Assembly: GCA_031362565.1 (NCBI GenBank)
Contig: JANLSU010000126.1
Span: 1-64,000, forward strand
Direction of reading: 5' to 3'
Source: a bacterium
Lineage (GTDB): Bacteria > Krumholzibacteriota > Krumholzibacteriia > G020349025
DNA: 64,000 nucleotides
Positions 10,093 to 20,213 of this stretch are shown one piece after another (within the stretch, counting starts at the first letter, position 1; each line of letters begins with the position of its first letter). A program made the translations under genes and the position numbers. Below the pieces are notes generated by a model. That model did not search any database. It worked only from the letters and a program-made list of their open reading frames with translations, and was not told the origin of the DNA.

Positions 10093-11268
10093 TCAGCGGT
10101 ACGCCGGGATGCCGGTCAGTTTCTCGCCCAGAATGAGGGTGTGAATGTCGTGGGTGCCCTCGTAGGTGATGACCGATTCCAAATTGCACATGTGGCGTCC
10201 CACCGGATACTCGTCATGGACGCCGTTGGCGCCCAGGATGTCGCGCGCGGTGCGGGCGCATTCGAGCGCCATGTGCACGTTATTGCGCTTAGCCATCGAA
10301 ATATGCACGAAGGTGATCTTGTCTTTTTCCTTGAGGCGCCCCAACTGCAGCGACAGGAGCTGGGCCTTGGTGATCTCACTCGCCATGTCGGCCAGCTTTT
10401 TCTGGACGAGCTGGAATCCGGCGATCGGTTTGCCGAACTGGATGCGCGTCTTGGCATACTCGAGCGCGCAATGGAACGTCGCTTGTGCTGAACCGACCGC
10501 GCCCCAGGCGATGCCGTAGCGCGCCTGCGACAAGCAGCCAAGCGGGCCCGCGAGGCCTTTTGCGCCGGGCAACCGGTTCGAATCCGGGATCTCGACATCC
10601 TGCAAGCTGATCTCACTCGTCACCGAAGCGCGCAGCGAGAACTTGCCCTTGATGTCGGTCGAACTGAATCCGGGCCGGTTGGATTCGACGATGAAGCCCC
10701 GGATGACATCCTCGTCGTCCTTGGCCCAAATGATCGCGATCTGACACACGCTGCCGTTCGTGATCCAAAATTTGGTGCCGTTCAAGACCCAGTTGTCGCC
10801 CTTGCGGCGGGCGCGCGTGATCATGCCGCCCGGATCGCTGCCGTAGTCGGGTTCGGTGAGCCCGAAGGCGCCGATGATCTTGCCCTGCGCCATGCCCGGC
10901 AGGTATTTCTGCTTCTGTTCCTCGGTGCCATACTTGTAGATCGGGTACATGCAGAGCCCGCCCTGCACCGAGACGAAGCTGCGCAACCCGCTGTCACCGC
11001 GTTCCAGCTCCTGCATGATGAGCCCATAGGCCACGGCGCCGAGTCCCGCGCAGCCGTAGCCGTGCAGGTTGGCGCCCAAGAGGCCAAGTTCCGCCATCTC
11101 ACCAATCAGGTGTTTCGGGAACGTCGCGTTGCGATTGTGTTCTTCGATGATCGGCAGGACTCGTTCGTCGACAAAGCGCCGCACGCTGTCGCGCACCAGG
11201 CGCTCTTCCTCGGTGAACAATTCGTCGACGCCGTAAAGATCGAGTTCAGTGAACGGGATCTGCATCAT
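10093..11268 (-). CDS. gcdH: Glutaryl-CoA dehydrogenase (acyl-CoA dehydrogenase family)
   Basis: ELERGDSGLRSFVSVQ, FGLTEPDYGSDP, GTKFWITNG and NLESVITYEGTHDIH match the GCDH subfamily. Confidence 0.85.
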   Translation of the reverse strand: MMQIPFTELDLYGVDELFTEEERLVRDSVRRFVDERVLPIIEEHNRNATFPKHLIGEMAELGLLGANLHGYGCAGLGAVAYGLIMQELERGDSGLRSFVSVQGGLCMYPIYKYGTEEQKQKYLPGMAQGKIIGAFGLTEPDYGSDPGGMITRARRKGDNWVLNGTKFWITNGSVCQIAIIWAKDDEDVIRGFIVESNRPGFSSTDIKGKFSLRASVTSEISLQDVEIPDSNRLPGAKGLAGPLGCLSQARYGIAWGAVGSAQATFHCALEYAKTRIQFGKPIAGFQLVQKKLADMASEITKAQLLSLQLGRLKEKDKITFVHISMAKRNNVHMALECARTARDILGANGVHDEYPVGRHMCNLESVITYEGTHDIHTLILGEKLTGIPAYR

Positions 11269-11521
11269 GACCCTTTCTCGAGGTACGGCGCGCATCCCAG
11301 CGCCGCGCGCACCAATTCCGTGCCGCCGCTCGAGTACGGCGGTCGATGAGGGGCGAGGGTAGCCCCGGAGGGCGGCGGGGCGCCAGCCCTGGCTCGGCCG
11401 TGCGCCCGGGGCGGGAATCTACGCAAAAGACTCTAGAAATGGTGGGCGAGGGGGGGGTATGCTGGCGACACTCTGAATTGCTTGGCGGAGCCTCGTGCAG
11501 GCTCGCCTCAAGGGGGTAACC

Positions 11522-13189
11522 ATGCGTCAGAAGTCGTCTCTTTGTCTTCTGATCCTATCGACATTTCTAGCGACATCCGCATTCGGAGGGACTTGGCCGA
11601 CCACGTCGGCCGGGGCCCTTCCGGTGTGCACCGCGAGCGGCGATCAGGCATTGGTGTTTGCGGTTCCGGATGGAGTCGGCGGCGCGCTCACCGCTTGGGG
11701 CGACTCGCGCAGTGGGAACCTCGATGTTTACGCCGCGCGCGTCACCTTCAATGCGGACAAACCTTGGGCTGTGAACGGGATCGGAGTCGCAACGACGGGC
11801 AATCAAGAGGGCTTGCACCAGGCGATCAGTGACGACGCGGGCGGAGCGATTCTATGCTGGTCGGTCGGAAATCAGCTCCTGTTGCAGCGAATCGACGCCA
11901 ACGGGGCGAGCCAGTGGGCAAGCCCGGCAGGTGTCACTTCCGCATACGGTCCGTCCACATGCGGCAATGACGATGTACGGCAGTGCGCCATGCAACTCGT
12001 GAGCGACCTCGCTGGCGGTGCGATCGCCGTGTGGCACAGTACTGGCGCCGATTTGTTCGCGCAACGAGTGAACGCCGATGGCACCGTCGCGTGGGCGACG
12101 GGTGGCGTGCCCGTGTGCACCGATCCGTCGGATCAATATCACCTCCGAGCCGCGTCGGATGGCTTCGGCGGGGTGATCACGACATGGAGCGATTATCGCA
12201 ATGGAACTGACGATATCTACGCGCAGCGGGTCGATGCGAGCGGAACTCCCGCTTGGGCGGCCGATGGCATCCCGGTCTTTGCGGGCTCGGGGCCACAGAG
12301 CAATCCGGTGATTGCCGCTGATAGCGAGGGCGGCGCCATCGTGGCGTGGCAGGACTATGCAACAGCGGACGATGCCCGGGCCCAGCGCATCGATGCCAAC
12401 GGACAGCGATTGTGGGCGCCAGGGGGCGTGCATTTCGGCCACACCGGGCGGATGACCATGATCTCGGATGGTGCCGGTGGCGCGTTGGTGTCTTTCTGGC
12501 CCCACAACATCAGCGGGTACTTCGACCTGCAGAAATTGGCGTCCGACGGCAGCCAACCCTGGGGAACCTACCCTGCAACACCGCTCGTCCAGGTGTGCAA
12601 CATCGCGGGGCAAGTCAGCGATCCGCAGATGTGCTCCGATGGAACGGGCGGCGCCATCGTCACGTGGGCCGACACGCGGAATGCTTCGTTCGATGTCTTC
12701 TCCCAACGCGTCACCGCCGCCGGAGCGAAGGCGTGGGGTGCGAATGGTGTCGCGGTGGCCACCAACCCCGAACCGCAGGAACTACCCGTTGCAGTGCCGA
12801 GTGTTGGCGGCGGCGCGTTGGTTGCCTATACCTCCTTCCGCACGAGTCAAGGGCGGAACATTTCCATGAAGCAGATCAGCGCCGCCGGGATCTTGGGAGA
12901 CCTGCCGACTTCGGCCGGATTCGATACGCCCGACGCCGTGCAGATGCGCACGTGCAATCCGTGCCACGGGGATCTGGCGTTTGCGTTCGCCTTGCGCGAG
13001 GCGCGGCCGGTGGCGATCTCCATCACCGATGTAGCGGGAAGGATTCGCCTGCGGATGCCTTCGGCCTGGCGTGGCGCCGGTTGGCACCCCGAGTCTGTCG
13101 ACACGCGGGCGTGGCCGGCGGGCTTGTACATCGTGACGATCGAATCCGGTGCCACGCGTCGTAGCAGCAAGGCCGTGGTCTTGCATTGA
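11522..13189 (+). CDS. Secreted repeat (beta-propeller-like) protein with T9SS-like C-terminal domain
   Basis: AAGGGGG RBS, ATG 11522, signal peptide. Repeated SDG.GGAI..W.D.R....DIYAQRVDA.G...W...G..V units. C-terminal ISITDVAGR...PAGLYIV...KAVVLH. Confidence 0.8.
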   Translation: MRQKSSLCLLILSTFLATSAFGGTWPTTSAGALPVCTASGDQALVFAVPDGVGGALTAWGDSRSGNLDVYAARVTFNADKPWAVNGIGVATTGNQEGLHQAISDDAGGAILCWSVGNQLLLQRIDANGASQWASPAGVTSAYGPSTCGNDDVRQCAMQLVSDLAGGAIAVWHSTGADLFAQRVNADGTVAWATGGVPVCTDPSDQYHLRAASDGFGGVITTWSDYRNGTDDIYAQRVDASGTPAWAADGIPVFAGSGPQSNPVIAADSEGGAIVAWQDYATADDARAQRIDANGQRLWAPGGVHFGHTGRMTMISDGAGGALVSFWPHNISGYFDLQKLASDGSQPWGTYPATPLVQVCNIAGQVSDPQMCSDGTGGAIVTWADTRNASFDVFSQRVTAAGAKAWGANGVAVATNPEPQELPVAVPSVGGGALVAYTSFRTSQGRNISMKQISAAGILGDLPTSAGFDTPDAVQMRTCNPCHGDLAFAFALREARPVAISITDVAGRIRLRMPSAWRGAGWHPESVDTRAWPAGLYIVTIESGATRRSSKAVVLH

Positions 13190-13243
13190 CGCACCTGTGG
13201 TGACGACCGCCGATCACCTGCGCCGTCGGCTTTGCCCGTCCGG

Positions 13244-15007
13244 TCAAAACTCCGACGTTTCCGGTTTTGCGAGTGCCACGGCCAGATTGACCGCGATGTT
13301 CGCGTCGTCGGGCGCCAGACTGTGGGCGCGTTGCAAGAGCACGATCGCCGTCCCCGGATCACCGAACGCCAACAGCAGTTGCCCCGCGTCGTTGTGGGCC
13401 GGCGCGTGACACGGGTCGGCGGTGATGGTGTGCTCGAGGAGTTCGAGCGCCGTTCCGTAGTCGCCGGCCGTCATGCTGATGCGGGCGGCGGCGTAGTACT
13501 CCTCGGGACTCCGCTGCGTCGCCGCGGTCGCGAGCATGGTCGCATTCAACGCCGCGGGCCGGTTCGCAAAATAGAGGCCCAGGCGCTGGCCGTGGTAGCG
13601 CAGCTTTTCCCACGACGCGCGGCCGTTCTCTGCGACACCCGGTTGGCGCTGCCACTGTTCCGGATGCTGGCGGAAGCTGCTTTGACTCTCGACCAGATAG
13701 ACCGCGTCGCCCTTGCTGAGCAGACTCAGCCAGGCCCCGACATCGCCGATGCCTGCCATTGGCATTCCGGCCAGGCATAGGAAGTCCGTTGCCACGTCCG
13801 CGACATCGCTGCCGCGGAACATGGCGGTCGTCGGTTCGCCAATCACGTTCATACCGGTCGCAATCACGTAGTTGGCGAGTGAGACACCGTCGATGCGGCT
13901 GTCGCGGGTCACGATGCGCTTCGTGGCATCCATGTCGGGCAGCGGCTCGCCGTCGGCGTCGATGCAACGCCGGTGTGACGTCACTAGCGTCACATCCGGG
14001 CGGCGCTGCAGCCACTCGGCCATGCGGCCGACGCACTGCGGCGCCAGCAGGTCATCGTCGTTCAAGAACTTGATGTATTCGCCGTTAGCGAGGCCGAGGC
14101 AATACAAATAATTGCCACGCGGCCCCTGCGGCGGGTCATTCCGGTAGTACTGCACGCGAGGGTCGGATTGCGCCGCGGCGCACGTCACCGCCTCGATCTC
14201 GCCGCCCGACGAATCGTCCGACACGATGATCTCGAGATGCGCATACGTTTGCCGGCAGGCGCTCTCGAGTGCCGCGGCAAAATAGCGCGGGTTGTAGGCC
14301 GGAATGAGAATGCTGACGAGCGGATCCTCGACCACCGCCCGGCGCGGTTTGACGAACTCCACGATCAGCAGCGACTCGGGCCGCGTTTCGCGGCCGCGCA
14401 GCATCGCGTGCTCGCTTTGATTGAGGGCGCACCGGCCCACGGGCACCAGGCCCGCGAAGCGTCCGAGGCGCACGAGCTCCTGTTCGTTGTAGAGCCATTG
14501 ATGTCCCCACTCGCGCATGTTCAGGTTGAGCATCTCGCAACGATTCTGCACCCACTCGTAGCCGTGCGTCTTCATGCCGCTCCCGAGCCAGGCCTCGGTG
14601 CCGTAGCGCTGCACGATCTCGTCCAGGTCAGGCGTCGCGACGCGCACCACGGCGCCGGGACGCAGGACACGACGGCACTCGCGCAAGAGCGCCGCGCCTT
14701 CGCCTTGGCTCAAGTGCTCGATGAAATGCTCGCTGTAGATGCCGTCGACAGTGTTGTCGGCGTATGGCAGCCCGGCAGTGACGTCGAGCACGACATCGCC
14801 GCCCGGCTCACGGTCGATGTTCACGAAACCCGCGATCGGCTGCGTACCACAACCAAGATTGAGAAACGTCGACCGGGATGCGGCTTCCAACGCGGGTTTC
14901 TGCGCGGCGCCGAACTTCGACGTGAACACCGAGTTGAGCACCAGCGTGACCGCACTCGCGGGCGCCGGCCCAGCCGGCGCGGTTACACAGACATCGACTT
15001 GGGTCAT
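13244..15007 (-). CDS. Methyltransferase-GT2 glycosyltransferase-TPR fusion
   Basis: LNLGCG/GFVNID/YSEHFIEHL (class I MTase), VSILIPAYN, VSDD and FLNDDD (GT-A), C-terminal TPR-like helices. ATGA overlap with the upstream gene. Confidence 0.85.
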   Translation of the reverse strand: MTQVDVCVTAPAGPAPASAVTLVLNSVFTSKFGAAQKPALEAASRSTFLNLGCGTQPIAGFVNIDREPGGDVVLDVTAGLPYADNTVDGIYSEHFIEHLSQGEGAALLRECRRVLRPGAVVRVATPDLDEIVQRYGTEAWLGSGMKTHGYEWVQNRCEMLNLNMREWGHQWLYNEQELVRLGRFAGLVPVGRCALNQSEHAMLRGRETRPESLLIVEFVKPRRAVVEDPLVSILIPAYNPRYFAAALESACRQTYAHLEIIVSDDSSGGEIEAVTCAAAQSDPRVQYYRNDPPQGPRGNYLYCLGLANGEYIKFLNDDDLLAPQCVGRMAEWLQRRPDVTLVTSHRRCIDADGEPLPDMDATKRIVTRDSRIDGVSLANYVIATGMNVIGEPTTAMFRGSDVADVATDFLCLAGMPMAGIGDVGAWLSLLSKGDAVYLVESQSSFRQHPEQWQRQPGVAENGRASWEKLRYHGQRLGLYFANRPAALNATMLATAATQRSPEEYYAAARISMTAGDYGTALELLEHTITADPCHAPAHNDAGQLLLAFGDPGTAIVLLQRAHSLAPDDANIAVNLAVALAKPETSEF

Positions 15008-15852
15008 GACCTGCCTCGCGTGCAAAGGAAAAGGGGCCGGCGATAGAATTCGCTCATGCCGTCCTGGGAAATGCCGTACCGGCAGAGTGCCGCGCGGGCG
15101 TCGGTCGAGCGCTCGATCGAGGGCTCCGAACCGGCTTCGAGAATCGCCCGCCAGTCCACATCCACGAACGCGATGCCATTCGCATCACGAAAGGCCATCG
15201 CCACGCGGTCGATCCGCCAGCCGGCGGTTTCGAGCCCGCCGACCGTATACACGAGCTTGCCATAGTTGTCCGGGACCGCGACGATCGGCTCGGCCTTGTT
15301 GCCGCCCCAGTTGTAGCCCATCTGAAAAACGAGCTGCTCCGCTCTCTCTGCCAAGCGGCCGGCGTAGGCGACAAGATGCGCGTACACCGCCCGCCGCTCG
15401 GGCACCTGGATTTCGTCGTAGTCGTGGCCCGCGTGGTGCGCCACGTTGCTGAACAGGACGATGTCGGTCGAATCGAGCTTGCGGACATCGTCGACGCCGA
15501 TGCCACGGGCGTAGACGCGCACACCCGCGACGCCGAATTCCTCGACGATGCGCTCGATGATCTCGCAATGATTCGGGTTGGCTTCGTACGCCACGACCCG
15601 AGCACCGTAGGTCCGGGCCAGATTGAGCGTGAAGTAGCCGGTGTTGGCGCCGATGTCGATGACCCGCCGGCCCCGGAAGTCCAGGTGATTCACCAGGTAC
15701 TCATAGCGCGGTTTGTCGCTGCGCCAGTTGTGATCGAGCGGGACGGTGAAGCCCAACTCGGCCTCGACAAACTCCGGCACGCTCTGATACGCAGAGTGCT
15801 TCGAAGCGTCGTAATAGAGGCGGCGCAGATCCTCGTGCAAGGTGCTCATCAT
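15004..15852 (-). CDS. Class I SAM-dependent methyltransferase
   Basis: VIDIGANTGYF SAM-binding motif, VAYEAN. Translationally coupled by ATGA overlaps on both sides. Confidence 0.8.
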   Translation of the reverse strand: MMSTLHEDLRRLYYDASKHSAYQSVPEFVEAELGFTVPLDHNWRSDKPRYEYLVNHLDFRGRRVIDIGANTGYFTLNLARTYGARVVAYEANPNHCEIIERIVEEFGVAGVRVYARGIGVDDVRKLDSTDIVLFSNVAHHAGHDYDEIQVPERRAVYAHLVAYAGRLAERAEQLVFQMGYNWGGNKAEPIVAVPDNYGKLVYTVGGLETAGWRIDRVAMAFRDANGIAFVDVDWRAILEAGSEPSIERSTDARAALCRYGISQDGMSEFYRRPLFLCTRGRS

Positions 15853-17030
15853 GCTGCTCGGTCCTTTGCAGTACGCGCGGCGGCTGCGGGGACGGATTGC
15901 GCGGGCCGGGGCCGGAACGCATCGGTCAGTTCGCGGCCAAAAACCTGCGCCGAGTCAGGACGCAAGTACACATCGTGGAACGGCAACCGCGGCAGCGCTT
16001 GCCAAAGCGCCCGCCGGCCGCCGGCGAACCAATTGAGCCGTTCGCCGTCATGCATTGTTTGCAAAATACCGTTGAACCAGAGATAGGGGCGCCGCCGCGA
16101 GTGCACGCGTGGGCGCGGGATGCCCGCGAACTCCGCGGCGTAACAGGCAACGAGATCGTTGCCGCTGTCGCGCGTCAGCTGCATCGGCCCCCAGAGCCGT
16201 GGATTCGCTTCGATCATGCGATAGCGGCCCGCACTCCCCTTCAGTTCCACCATGACGAGCCCTTGGAAGCCGAGATCCCGCAGCATCAGGGCATAGCGCT
16301 CCTGCAGTGCCGGCTCCGGAAACGGCTCGGACCAAGCGAAGACGATCGATTTGCCGCCCGGCTGCTGCGCGCCATTGCGCTGGCAGAACGATTCGTAGCG
16401 GCCATCCTGGTAGAAATAGAACAGCAGGTAGTAGCTACGTCCATGGACGTACTCTTGAATGTAGTAATCCTGTAGGCGCTCCGCATTCCTGAACGCATCA
16501 TATTCGCGGCGATTGTGAATGAGATACGGATAACAGCGCTGCCCCACGTCCGAGAACTCGGCCCGCGGCTTGGCCGCGAATGGAAAAGACGGCGGCGATT
16601 CGCCGGAGTATTCCGCCGGCACCGCCAGACCCTTCGCGGTGCAGTGCGCCGCGAACCGTTTTTTATCCGAAACCTGCCGATAGACGTCAAAGGAAGGCAG
16701 CGGCAACACGCATCCCGCCTCGCGTTCCAGATGGGTGCGATGCGTCAGCAGAAAACGATTCAGGTATTCGGCGCTCGGCAGGACGACGAGCCGGTCGGCC
16801 GCGAGCTTGACTCGCACGCTTACCAGCGCTGCGGTCAGCGATTCCAGATCCAGGTCTTGCGAGTGGATTTCGGCGCCAACCTGGGTCCGATAGCGAGTGC
16901 GGTGGATGGCGTCGCCGGTGCCACGCGCCACGATTCCAAACAGTGCGCCGCGCGCCTGGAGCGTGCGGCACGCTGACAGGACGGCCCGGCCGTTGTAGCC
17001 GGAGATGACGCCAAAGGCGGTTTTCTGCAC
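15849..17030 (-). CDS. ATP-grasp (carboxylate-amine ligase-like) protein
   Basis: Probable GTG start at 17030. SDKKRF, FPFAAKP, IQEYVHG, GLVMVELK and IEANPRLWG ATP-grasp motifs. Confidence 0.8.
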   Translation of the reverse strand: MQKTAFGVISGYNGRAVLSACRTLQARGALFGIVARGTGDAIHRTRYRTQVGAEIHSQDLDLESLTAALVSVRVKLAADRLVVLPSAEYLNRFLLTHRTHLEREAGCVLPLPSFDVYRQVSDKKRFAAHCTAKGLAVPAEYSGESPPSFPFAAKPRAEFSDVGQRCYPYLIHNRREYDAFRNAERLQDYYIQEYVHGRSYYLLFYFYQDGRYESFCQRNGAQQPGGKSIVFAWSEPFPEPALQERYALMLRDLGFQGLVMVELKGSAGRYRMIEANPRLWGPMQLTRDSGNDLVACYAAEFAGIPRPRVHSRRRPYLWFNGILQTMHDGERLNWFAGGRRALWQALPRLPFHDVYLRPDSAQVFGRELTDAFRPRPAQSVPAAAARTAKDRAA

Positions 17031-17093
17031 GCGATTCCATCCCCACGTTGCACTCTGGCGGAATGAAGCGCACCCAAGGCTCAACGGCGAGAA

Positions 17094-17109
17094 CGCAAAG
17101 GGTGTGCCG
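17094..17109 (-). promoter_or_regulatory. Sigma54 (-24/-12) promoter of the ATP-grasp/MTase/GT2 operon
   Basis: Minus strand CGGCACACCCTTTGCG fits GGCAC-N5-TTGC with exact GG-N10-GC spacing, 64 nt upstream of the start. Confidence 0.65.
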
Positions 17110-17199
17110 GGAAACGCTCGGGAACATCGCGCGGCGCGCCTGGCCTCCGCGCGCGCACTGGGGGCGAGGCGCGGCACCGCGAACCCGCAGGGCCGGTCC

Positions 17200-17228
17200 T
17201 TGCCGGACCGGGGAGCGCCTGTTAGCGT
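17200..17228 (+). promoter_or_regulatory. Sigma70 promoter, probably leaderless, of the helicase gene
   Basis: TTGCCG-N17-TAGCGT with TGn extension. ATG 6 nt after the -10 box and no SD sequence. Confidence 0.5.
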
Positions 17229-17234
17229 CGGCAG

Positions 17235-20213
17235 ATGTTCGAACGCATCCTGGCGGATTTACAGCAGGACAGCTTCTTCCGTGGCGCCGTGGCGGCGGCG
17301 CGCACCCTCCCGGCGCGCGCGGCGCAGCATGCAGCGACCCCGCTCCATGCAGAACTCGCGGCGGCGGTCGACCGGCTCTGCCCGCGCGGGCTCTATACCC
17401 ACCAAGCGGCCGCCGTGGAGCGCGCCCGGCGCGGCGAAAATGTCGTCGTTGCGACTCCGACCGCGTCTGGCAAGACGCTCTGCTTCAACCTGCCGGTCGT
17501 CGAATCCATCTTGGACGCAGCGGCGGCGGGCCGGACGGCGCACGCGTTGTATCTGTTTCCGCTCAAGGCGCTCGAACACGACCAATTGAAATCACTCTTG
17601 CGGCTCCGCGATGCGATCGGGCTGCACGAAACGTTTCGGGCCGCCATCTTGGACGGCGATGTGAAGGATGCCGAGCGCCGCCGCCTGCGCGCGGCGCCGC
17701 CACATATCTTGCTCTCGAACCCCGACCTGCTGCACGCGTCGCTCCTTCCCGGACACCCGCAGTGGGCGTCGTTCTTTGCCGGCTTGCGCTGGATGGTGCT
17801 CGACGAGTTGCACACCTATCGCGGCATCTTCGGCGCCCACGTGTTGCATGTCATGCGCCGGCTGCTGCGAGTCGCCGCGCACTACGGCGCGGCGCCGCAA
17901 ATCCTTTGCGCTTCGGCCACCATCGGCAACCCGCGCGAACTGGCCGAAAAACTCTTTGGCATGCCGTTCAGCGTCGTCGGCGAGAGCGGCGCGCCGCAGG
18001 GACCGCGCCATGTGATGCTGCTCGATCCGCAGGACAATGCCCTGGCCTTTTCGGCGGCGCTCTTTGCGCGCCTGCTGCACGCCGGCATCAAGACGATCGC
18101 CTTCTGTAAGTCGCGCCGCTCGACCGAGCTGCTCTATGCCTGGACCTTGGAACGGCATCCGGACCTGCGCAACGTGACGAGTGCTTATCGCTCGGGTTAT
18201 TTGCCGGAAGAGCGGCGCGAAATCGAAGCGCAGCTCTTCGGCGGCCAACTACGCGGTGTCGTCTCGACGAGTGCGCTCGAAATGGGCATCGACGTCGGCG
18301 GACTCGATGCGGCGATCTTGGTCGGGTATCCGGGCAGCATCATGTCGACTTGGCAGCGCGGCGGGCGTGCCGGGCGCGGCACCGATCCCTCGGGCATCTT
18401 CCTGGTCGCGGGCGGCGACGCGCTCGACCAATACTATGTCTCGAGTCCGCAGGATTTCTTCGCGGCGCCGCCGGAACCGGCGGTCGTCGACGCCGGTAAT
18501 CCGGTCGTCGGTGCCGGTCACTTGCTGTGCGCGGGCGCGGAACTCCCCCTGCGAACCGACGAGCCCGTATATGCCGATCTCGGCTGGCAGCAAATGCGAC
18601 TCGGACTCGAGAAGCGCGGCCTGCTGCTGCAAACAGCGTCCGGGGACACCTGGGTGCCGCTCGTCGCCAATCCGCATCGGCTGGTGGATCTCAGGCAGAT
18701 CGGCGAGACGTTTGCGATCGTGCACCGCCGCGACCCCAAGCGCCCGATCGGCACCATCGGCGGCACGCGCGCCTTTTCGGAGTGCCATGCGGGCGCCGTG
18801 TACCTGCACCGCGGCCAGCACTTGGTGGTCACCGAGATCGACACCGAGCGCCAGCGGGTCACGGTCGATGACACGGACGGTAGTTTCTTCACCATGCCGC
18901 GCGTCGCGAAGCAAACCGAGATCTTGGAGACGCTGCAAACCCGCCCCCTGGGTGCCACGCAAGCCTGCTACGGACGGCTGCGCATCACCCAACGCTTGAC
19001 GGGATTCGAGAAGCGCTCGAGCGGCGACATGAAACTGTTGGGCGCCTTTGAGCTGGATTTGCCGCCGACGATCTATGAGACCGAAGGCCTGTGGATCGAA
19101 GCCGCAACAACGCGGTCTTTGGACGGCAGCGGCTTCCATCGCATGGGAAGCTTGCACGGCATCGAGCACGCCATGATCGCACTGTCGCCGTTGCACACGC
19201 TCTGCGATGCCGCCGACCTGGGCGGCATCACCTTCGTGGAGCATGCGCAAGTCGAAGGCGGTGCGGTGTTCGTGTACGACGCCTATCCGGGCGGCATCGG
19301 GCTCGCGGCGCGCACCTACGAGATTCTGCCGCGCTTGCTGGAAGGCGTGTTGCGCCGCATCGAGGCCTGCCGGTGCGACAATGGCTGCCCCGGCTGTGTG
19401 CATTCGCCGCGTTGCGGTGCCGGCAACTACCCGCTCGACAAAGGCGGCAGCGCGGCGGCGTTGCGCCGCGTTTTGCAGCTCGAAGCGCCGGCTGGCGCGG
19501 CCACCGCTCCAGCCGCACTTGCGCTCGAGCCGCGACCGCCCGCCGCACGCACGGACCGCGGTCACGTCGCGGCAGCGCATCCGCGCGTCGTGTACTTCGA
19601 TCTCGAAACTCGCCGGTCGGCAGCCGACGTCGGTGGCTGGCGCCGCATCGACCGCATGGGACTCGCGCTTGGCGTCATCTTCGACGAGTCGACACAAGCC
19701 TTCACGACGTACTTCGAGACGGACGCGGCGGCATTGGTGGCGCACCTGGAAGCCGCCGATCTCGTCGTCGGCCACAATGTGTTGCGATTCGACTACCGGG
19801 TGCTGCGCGCCTACACCGAACGGCCGGTCGACCGGCTGCCGACGTTCGATACGCTCATCGCCTTGCGCGCCGTGATCGGCAAGCGCCTCGCCCTCGGAAA
19901 CTTGGGCCAAGCGACACTCGGCACACCGAAAACCGCCGACGGCCTGCAATCACTCGCCTGGGTGCGCGACGGCCGGCTGGATCTCGTGGAAGAATATTGC
20001 CGCGCCGATGTGGCGTTGACGCGCGATCTGTTCCGGCACGGTTTGGAGCACGGCTGGCTTGCCTTCGAGGACGGCCCACGCGTTCTGCGCACCCCGCCGC
20101 TCGGTTGGAATTTGCAGAGTATCGTCCAGGATGCGGAAAAGCGCCGTGCCGCCCGCGTCCGCGGCGCGCAACCGACCCTCTTCACCCTCATGCCACCGAG
20201 GCCCACATGGTGA
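17235..20213 (+). CDS. MrfA/YprA-like SF2 helicase with DUF1998 Zn domain fused to a DEDD (MrfB/YprB-like) exonuclease
   Basis: PTASGKT, DELH, SAT, ALEMGIDVG, QRGGRAGR, then YDAYPGGIG and CRCDNGCPGC (DUF1998), then FDLET, GHN..FD and YCRAD exonuclease motifs. Confidence 0.9.
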   Translation: MFERILADLQQDSFFRGAVAAARTLPARAAQHAATPLHAELAAAVDRLCPRGLYTHQAAAVERARRGENVVVATPTASGKTLCFNLPVVESILDAAAAGRTAHALYLFPLKALEHDQLKSLLRLRDAIGLHETFRAAILDGDVKDAERRRLRAAPPHILLSNPDLLHASLLPGHPQWASFFAGLRWMVLDELHTYRGIFGAHVLHVMRRLLRVAAHYGAAPQILCASATIGNPRELAEKLFGMPFSVVGESGAPQGPRHVMLLDPQDNALAFSAALFARLLHAGIKTIAFCKSRRSTELLYAWTLERHPDLRNVTSAYRSGYLPEERREIEAQLFGGQLRGVVSTSALEMGIDVGGLDAAILVGYPGSIMSTWQRGGRAGRGTDPSGIFLVAGGDALDQYYVSSPQDFFAAPPEPAVVDAGNPVVGAGHLLCAGAELPLRTDEPVYADLGWQQMRLGLEKRGLLLQTASGDTWVPLVANPHRLVDLRQIGETFAIVHRRDPKRPIGTIGGTRAFSECHAGAVYLHRGQHLVVTEIDTERQRVTVDDTDGSFFTMPRVAKQTEILETLQTRPLGATQACYGRLRITQRLTGFEKRSSGDMKLLGAFELDLPPTIYETEGLWIEAATTRSLDGSGFHRMGSLHGIEHAMIALSPLHTLCDAADLGGITFVEHAQVEGGAVFVYDAYPGGIGLAARTYEILPRLLEGVLRRIEACRCDNGCPGCVHSPRCGAGNYPLDKGGSAAALRRVLQLEAPAGAATAPAALALEPRPPAARTDRGHVAAAHPRVVYFDLETRRSAADVGGWRRIDRMGLALGVIFDESTQAFTTYFETDAAALVAHLEAADLVVGHNVLRFDYRVLRAYTERPVDRLPTFDTLIALRAVIGKRLALGNLGQATLGTPKTADGLQSLAWVRDGRLDLVEEYCRADVALTRDLFRHGLEHGWLAFEDGPRVLRTPPLGWNLQSIVQDAEKRRAARVRGAQPTLFTLMPPRPTW

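Noticed and set aside
17235..20213. DISARM/Druantia-type defence system suggested by helicase plus DUF1998
   Set aside because: No methylase, phospholipase D or other defence partners nearby. Architecture matches MrfA/YprA repair helicases.
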